From: Anaerosomatales bacterium | GTDB taxonomy: Bacteria > Actinomycetota > Coriobacteriia > Anaerosomatales > SLCP01 | Length of the DNA: 64,000 nt | NCBI GenBank assembly: GCA_029210645.1 | Contig: JARGFT010000001.1 | Coordinates: forward strand, 235,595-299,594 | Direction of reading: 5' to 3' | Made by a program: the position numbers and the translations under genes | Notes under the pieces: model-generated | What the model was told of the DNA's origin: nothing | Databases searched by the model: none | The model's input: the letters and a program-made list of their open reading frames with translations, nothing else | Shown: positions 58,937 through 64,000 of the stretch, piece after piece | Numbering within the stretch: position 1 is the stretch's first letter | How the letters are laid out: every line of letters begins with the position of its first letter

Positions 58937-59908
58937 ATGGGTTTCGTCCTGCTTCGCCGTGACGATGGTGAAGTCACGCTGATCACACCGAGGATCTTCG
59001 CCACTCGTCGGGAAGCGCTCGACGAGGTTACGCGTGCCTCGGCAGATGGTCACTTGGCAGCCGATGAGGTCGTCCTGGTCGACCTGGATGCCTCGACGCC
59101 CGTGCTGATCGTCACGCCGCCACCCGCGCAAGAGGAAGCCGTGCCGGAACACGACGAGGACTCGGCTGAACCTGAGGCAGGTACGGCCGCAGCGCTTATC
59201 GAGACCGCCGCCAGCGCTCCGCTCCCGCCGACGATCGATGTGGAGGACGCTATCGCCGAGGCGATCATCGCCGATGCCGAGGAGCGGGATCTCGAGATCG
59301 CCGAGGCCCAAGCTCCGCCTGTCGGGCCCGTCAATGTGCCGTCCGATGACGCGGACGAGACTGCGGAGGCCGAAGAGCAGGCGGCGCCAGCCGCCGTCGA
59401 GGAGGTCTTCGAGCCCCTCGATGAACCCGGAGTGCCAACCACCCCCGTCGTCACTGCCGACGAGGAGCCTGCCGCGCGCACTTGGCCCTGGGAACCGGCG
59501 CCAGTCCCCCTCGAGTCGCCCGGCTCGTCGGTCGAAAGTGTGGCCGACGTGACAGACGAGTCCGAGCAAGAGGCGAGCACGCCCCCGATCGCCGACGGGG
59601 ATACGCCCGCTGACGAGCCTGCCGATGAGATGTCCGGCTTGCTGGCAGACCTCGAGGAGATCGGCGCGGAGGCTCCGACCCAGGAGTCCGCGGAGGAGAG
59701 AGCCGAATCACCGGCTGAACCAGCCGTCGCTGCATCTGACGCCATCCCTGAGGTATCCGCTGAACCGGAGTCATCGAAGGCGTACGAAGCGGGCGCTTCC
59801 GACATCACCACGCTCACGTGCGATGACTGCATCTACCTGAACACCTGCCCCAAGAAGGGGGAAAGCGACCCCACGAGTTGTGGCTCGTTCCAGTGGAAGT
59901 CGGTCTGA
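58937..59908 (+). CDS. Hypothetical acidic, low-complexity protein with C-terminal Cys cluster
   Basis: ATG 58937 after GAGGT; E/A/P-rich linker; CDDC-x4-CP-x9-C at the C-terminus. Confidence 0.75.
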   Translation: MGFVLLRRDDGEVTLITPRIFATRREALDEVTRASADGHLAADEVVLVDLDASTPVLIVTPPPAQEEAVPEHDEDSAEPEAGTAAALIETAASAPLPPTIDVEDAIAEAIIADAEERDLEIAEAQAPPVGPVNVPSDDADETAEAEEQAAPAAVEEVFEPLDEPGVPTTPVVTADEEPAARTWPWEPAPVPLESPGSSVESVADVTDESEQEASTPPIADGDTPADEPADEMSGLLADLEEIGAEAPTQESAEERAESPAEPAVAASDAIPEVSAEPESSKAYEAGASDITTLTCDDCIYLNTCPKKGESDPTSCGSFQWKSV

Positions 59909-59941
59909 CCGCTGCGGTAGCAGGCTCAGGAAGCGGAAACT

Positions 59942-59968
59942 CGGGAGCGGCCGCATCGGCCGCTCCCG
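59942..59968. terminator. Hairpin between the convergent hypothetical gene and rnpB
   Basis: Perfect 12-bp stem CGGGAGCGGCCG-cat-CGGCCGCTCCCG. Confidence 0.75.
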
Positions 59969-59981
59969 GTGCGATTCAGGT

Positions 59982-60327
59982 GGAGTGGGCCTGTAAGCCG
60001 GATTCTGTCGGGGATGATCATCTATCTGGGACCACGATCGCTCGTGACCTCGTGCGGGCTAACCCGAGCGTCGGTCGGGCCGACCTTAGCCGCTCCTATT
60101 CGCCCTTGCTCCGGGTGGGGTTTGCCAAGCCGCCACGTTGCCGTGACGCTGGTGCGCTCTTACCGCACCGTTTCAGCTTTTCCCCCGCTCGAGAGCGGGG
60201 GAGTCTTCTTTTCTGTGGCACTTTCCGTCGGATCGCTCCGCCCTGCCGTTAGCAGGCACCCTGCCCTGTGGAGTCCGGACTTTCCTCACGAATCCTGAAG
60301 ACCCGCGCGATCATCCAGCCCACTCCG
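59982..60327 (-). ncRNA. rnpB: RNase P RNA (type A)
   Basis: Minus strand GAGGAAAGTCCGGACTCC…ACAGAATCCGGCTTA; P1 GGAGTGGGC/GCCCACTCC; TAGAAT -10 at 60334-60339. Confidence 0.96.
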
Positions 60328-60384
60328 GTGATGATTCTAGCAGGTGGCGCGCCAGGTGGGGTTCAGAGGTGGCGCTGCCGAGAC

Positions 60385-62085
60385 TCAGGCGGTGTCCTGA
60401 CGTCCCTGCGACTGCAGCTTCGCCCAGGCGTCCCGCAACGTGAGTGTCCGGTTGAACACCGGTGCATCAGGTGCCGACTCGATGTCCGCGCAGAAGTAGC
60501 CGAGCCGTTCGAACTGAACGGTCTGGCCCACGGCAGGGTCTGCCAGCGCCGGTTCGACGAAGCACGTCGGCAGAACCGTCTCCGACTCGGGGTTCAAGTC
60601 TTCGAAGAGGTCGCGCCCGTCGCTACCGGGGTATGGATCGCCGAAGAGGTGGTCATACAGCCGCACCTCGGCGGGAACGGCGTGAGCACAGGAAACCCAG
60701 TGAAGGGTGGCCTTGGGACGGCGTCCGTCAGGTGCGCTGCCGCCTCGCGTGTCGGGATCGTACGTGCAGCGCAGCTCTGTGATGGTGCCATCTGCGTCCT
60801 TGACGACGTCGGTGCAGGTGACGAAGTACGCGGACCGCAGGCGGACCTCGCGGCCGGGAGCGAGGCGGAAGAACTTCTTGGGCGGGTCCTCCATGAAGTC
60901 GTCGCGCTCGATCCAGAGTTCCCGGGTGAAGGGCACGGTGCGCGTCCCGGCCGCCGGGTCCTCGGGATTGTTGACGACGTCGAGCTCCTCGACCTGGTCC
61001 TCCGGATAGTTCTCGATGACCAGCTTGACGGGATTGAGAACCGCGAAGCGGCGCAGGGCGGTCCGGTTCAGCACGTTGCGCACCGCATGATGGAGCATCT
61101 CGACCTCCACGATGCTGTCTGCCCGTGCGACCCCGATCATCGCCGCGAAGTCGCGGATCCCCTCGGCAGGGAATCCCCTCCGCCGCAGAGCGGAGATCGT
61201 CGGCATTCGCGGATCGTCCCATCCGCGTACGTGTCCCTCGGACACGAGACGCAGAAGCACTCGCTTGGAGAGCACGGTGTGCGTGAGGTTCAAGCGTGCG
61301 AACTCGTACTGGCGCGGCCTGGAGGGCACCGGCAGGTTCTCGACGAACCAGTCGTACAGCGGTCGGTGGTCCTGGAACTCCAGCGTGCAGATCGAGTGCG
61401 TGATGTTCTCGATGGCATCGGACTGCCCGTGAGCGAAATCGTACGACGGGTAGATGCACCACGCGTCACCCGTGCGAGGGTGTGGCGCGTGCAGGATACG
61501 GTACATCACCGGGTCGCGGAAGTTGATGTTGGGCGAGGCCATGTCGATCTTCGCGCGCAGGACTCGCGATCCGTTGGGGAACTCGCCGGCGCGCATCCTC
61601 TCGAAGAGGTCGAGGTTCTCGTCGACCGAGCGGTTTCGCCACGGACTCTCGATGCCCGGCTCGGTCAGGGTGCCCCGGTGCTCGCGGATCTCGTCCGCGG
61701 AAAGGTCGTCGACGTAGGCCTTGCCGTCCCGGATCAGGTGGACGGCCCACGCGTAGAGCTGTTCGAAGTAGTCCGAGGCGAAGTAGAGGTGTTCGCCCCA
61801 GTCGAAACCGAGCCAGCGGACGTCCTCCTCGATCGAATCGATGAACTCCTGCTCTTCCTTGATCGGGTTCGTGTCGTCGAATCGCAGGTGGCAGCGGCCA
61901 CCGAACTCCTCGGCGATACCGAAGTTCAGGCAGATCGACTTCGCATGTCCGATGTGCAGGTAGCCGTTGGGCTCCGGAGGGAATCGCGTGACGACCGACT
62001 CATGCCGGCCTTCACGCAGGTCAGCGGCGACGATCTCGCGCAGGAAGTCAGCGCGCTCGGGTGCGGGTGCGGGATTGGTGTCCAT
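60385..62085 (-). CDS. glnS: Glutamine--tRNA ligase
   Basis: ATG 62085 (MDTNP…); [47 protein letters not shown]. Confidence 0.95.
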   Translation of the reverse strand: MDTNPAPAPERADFLREIVAADLREGRHESVVTRFPPEPNGYLHIGHAKSICLNFGIAEEFGGRCHLRFDDTNPIKEEQEFIDSIEEDVRWLGFDWGEHLYFASDYFEQLYAWAVHLIRDGKAYVDDLSADEIREHRGTLTEPGIESPWRNRSVDENLDLFERMRAGEFPNGSRVLRAKIDMASPNINFRDPVMYRILHAPHPRTGDAWCIYPSYDFAHGQSDAIENITHSICTLEFQDHRPLYDWFVENLPVPSRPRQYEFARLNLTHTVLSKRVLLRLVSEGHVRGWDDPRMPTISALRRRGFPAEGIRDFAAMIGVARADSIVEVEMLHHAVRNVLNRTALRRFAVLNPVKLVIENYPEDQVEELDVVNNPEDPAAGTRTVPFTRELWIERDDFMEDPPKKFFRLAPGREVRLRSAYFVTCTDVVKDADGTITELRCTYDPDTRGGSAPDGRRPKATLHWVSCAHAVPAEVRLYDHLFGDPYPGSDGRDLFEDLNPESETVLPTCFVEPALADPAVGQTVQFERLGYFCADIESAPDAPVFNRTLTLRDAWAKLQSQGRQDTA

Positions 62086-62114
62086 GGAGGCAGAGGATAG
62101 CACAGGAAACAGCA

Positions 62115-62145
62115 GGAGGCCCCCTCTACATGAGAGGAGGCCTCC
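62115..62145 (-). terminator. Hairpin downstream of tRNA-Glu
   Basis: GGAGGC..CCTC…GAGG.GGCCTCC inverted repeat just past the tRNA 3' end. Confidence 0.55.
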
Positions 62146-62154
62146 GTTGTCTGT

Positions 62155-62230
62155 TGGTAGCCCGTACGGGATTCGAACCCGTGATTTCCGCCTTGAGAGG
62201 GCGGCGTCCTCACCGCTAGACCAACGGGCC
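62155..62230 (-). tRNA. tRNA-Glu (CTC)
   Basis: GGCCCGTTGGTCTAGCGG…CCGCC-CT-CTC-AA-GGCGG…GGTTCGAATCC…CGGGCTACCA. Confidence 0.96.
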
Positions 62231-62234
62231 ATAC

Positions 62235-62310
62235 TGGCTGGGGTGCTAGGGCTCGAACCTAGACTCTCCGGAACCAGAATCCGGCGTGTTGCCAGTTACA
62301 CCACACCCCA
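62235..62310 (-). tRNA. tRNA-Gln (CTG)
   Basis: TGGGGTGTGGTGTAACTGG…CCGGA-TT-CTG-GT-TCCGG…GGTTCGAGCCC…CACCCCAGCCA. Confidence 0.96.
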
Positions 62311-62343
62311 ACACGCACCTTCTACGCCAGGGCGCGGATAGCA

Positions 62344-62373
62344 ATACTACGGGGGCCGCGTTCGGCCTGTCAA
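62344..62373 (-). promoter_or_regulatory. tRNA operon promoter TTGACA-N18-TAGTAT
   Basis: Consensus -35 between the gltX stop and tRNA-Gln. Confidence 0.6.
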
Positions 62374-62393
62374 CCCTCACAAGCCGAGAGTGT

Positions 62394-63863
62394 CTACTGC
62401 GCGAGAGAGCTCACTGCGGCGCGGATGCGATCGAGCGAGCGTTCCTTACCCAGCAGTGCAAGCGACTCGAAGAGCGGAGGACTGACAGTCGAGCCGCTCA
62501 CTGCGACGCGCACCGCCTGGAAGACGATCTTTGGCTTGAGACCGGTCGTTTCCGGGACGGCGCGCAGCGCCTGCTCTATCGCGGCGGGCGAGAAGTCGGG
62601 GAGTGCATCGAGTACCTCGGCCACAGCATCCAGGGCCTCCCGGACGCCCTCCGTCTCGAGCACCTTGGCGCGCGCCGATTCCTCGATGGCAACAGTGTCC
62701 GCGAAGAAGAACGCAACCTTTGAGGCGAGTTCGTCCAGCCGCTTGACGCGCTCGGAGACGAGAGGAGCGAGCTCGACGAGCCAGAACCTCATAGCGGCAA
62801 CTTCATCAGCCGAGAGCAGACCGGCATCGACGAGCCAGGGGACCATACGGTCGACGAACTCCTCGGCAGGTAGCTCACGCAGGTAGACGCCGTTGAGCCA
62901 CTCGAGCTTCTCGGCGTCGAAGACCGCAGGATTCCTTGAGACGCGTTCGAGGGAGAAACTCCCGGTAAGCGTTGCCCGGTCGATGACCGTCGTCTTGTCG
63001 TCGAGAGACCAGCCGAGCAGTGCCAGATAGTTGACGAGGGCCTCGGGCAGGTAGCCGAGCTCGCGGTAGGCTTCCACCGAGGTAGCGCCGTGCCGCTTGG
63101 AGAGGCGCTTGCCGTCGGGTCCCCATATCATCGAGAGGTGCGCGAAGACCGGTACGGTCGCGTCGAGCGCCTCGAAGACCAGGATCTGACGCGGCGTGTT
63201 CGAGAGGTGGTCATCGCCACGGATAACGTGGGTGATCGCCATCTCGACGTCGTCGATGACGGTCGCGAAGTTGTATGTCGGGCTTCCGTCGCTGCGCGCG
63301 ACGACAAAGTCGTCCATCGCGTCGATGCCGAACGTTGTCTCGCCGCGGACGGCGTCGACGAAGACGATGTCTCCGTGGTCATCCGGGACACGCAGCCGCC
63401 ACGCGTGGGGCTCGCGTGAGGCCAACCGTGCCGCAACGGTGGCCCCGTCAAGACCCAGACACGTACGATCGTAGCCGGAGAACCCACCGGCCTGGCGGGA
63501 TGTCTCGCGCTTGGCCGCCAGCGTTTCAGGAGTACAGAAGCACGGATAGATGGCGCCCGACTCCTTGAGACGAGCCAGAGCCGCGTCGTACGAGGCACGG
63601 CGCTGCGTCTGGAAGTAGGGTCCATACGCTCCGTCGGCCTCGGGCCCCTCGTCCCAGTCGATGCCGAGCCAGCGAAGTGCGGAGAGTATCGCTCTCGTGT
63701 TCTCCTCGGTCGATCGCTCGGGATCGGTATCGTCGATGCGCAGGACAAAGGCTCCGCCATGTCGCCGGGCGAACGCCCAGTTGTAGATCGCGGTACGCGC
63801 ACCGCCGATGTGAAGGTGACCCGTGGGGCTCGGGGCGAAACGAACGCGGACGGACTCGGGCAC
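62394..63863 (-). CDS. gltX: Glutamate--tRNA ligase
   Basis: RFAPSPTG.LHIGG, LRIDDTD, ITHVIRG.DH..NT, LSKRHGA, anticodon domain SPPLF. Confidence 0.96.
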   Translation of the reverse strand: MPESVRVRFAPSPTGHLHIGGARTAIYNWAFARRHGGAFVLRIDDTDPERSTEENTRAILSALRWLGIDWDEGPEADGAYGPYFQTQRRASYDAALARLKESGAIYPCFCTPETLAAKRETSRQAGGFSGYDRTCLGLDGATVAARLASREPHAWRLRVPDDHGDIVFVDAVRGETTFGIDAMDDFVVARSDGSPTYNFATVIDDVEMAITHVIRGDDHLSNTPRQILVFEALDATVPVFAHLSMIWGPDGKRLSKRHGATSVEAYRELGYLPEALVNYLALLGWSLDDKTTVIDRATLTGSFSLERVSRNPAVFDAEKLEWLNGVYLRELPAEEFVDRMVPWLVDAGLLSADEVAAMRFWLVELAPLVSERVKRLDELASKVAFFFADTVAIEESARAKVLETEGVREALDAVAEVLDALPDFSPAAIEQALRAVPETTGLKPKIVFQAVRVAVSGSTVSPPLFESLALLGKERSLDRIRAAVSSLAQ

Positions 63864-64000
63864 GGGGGACTCCTTGTCGGGATGAGAACGGGGCGCTCTC
63901 TATGGTACCCGTATTGCGACGGTGCGCCAGTATCGTGACATCTGCGCCCTTCGCGACGTGAAATCCTTCCCAAGCACACACATTCGTGATACCGTGGCGC

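Noticed and set aside
62086-62232. N-terminal extension of the glnS ORF in the track
   Set aside because: Overlaps tRNA-Glu and its downstream hairpin; the real start is ATG 62085
62100-62310. Integrated element at the tRNA genes
   Set aside because: No integrase and no duplicated tRNA 3' end seen in the window

Overview
High-GC chromosomal window with no mobile elements or CRISPR. Gram-positive LexA boxes, a DtxR regulator and box, near-leaderless genes and an anaerobe-type gene set suggest an anaerobic actinobacterium, probably Coriobacteriia (inference). In order it contains: a complex I operon (nuoC-D-H-I*-J-K-L-M-N) with no nuoEFG between nuoD and nuoH, whose NuoI carries an inserted ~550-aa GltD/DsrL-like FAD/Fe-S oxidoreductase; an orphan FlgM-like gene; deoB-pdp-tRNA nucleotidyltransferase-S2P-Kef-trpS-scpAB-rluB; cobU-T-S-C; hisC-aroF-tyrA-aroA-cmk-plsC-ispH-DUF512-der-plsY-gpsA-rpe; an FMN riboswitch with ribD-E-BA-H; Rrf2-iscS-iscU-mnmA-PHP-Nif3-zinc ribbon-rnhA-queD; dtxR-feoB; a LexA-boxed mutagenesis locus (ImuB-C-like mini protein, dnaE2, convergent dinB); nfo; RNase P RNA; and glnS, tRNA-Glu, tRNA-Gln and gltX. 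Best candidates for novelty: (1) the NuoI-flavoprotein insertion as a replacement electron-input module; (2) a promoter-defined ~173-nt structured ncRNA at 48563-48735 and two more sRNA candidates; (3) a miniaturised ImuB/DnaE2/DinB mutasome with a duplicated SOS promoter; (4) a CTG start codon for scpA. All family calls are by-eye motif recognition; no database searches were run.
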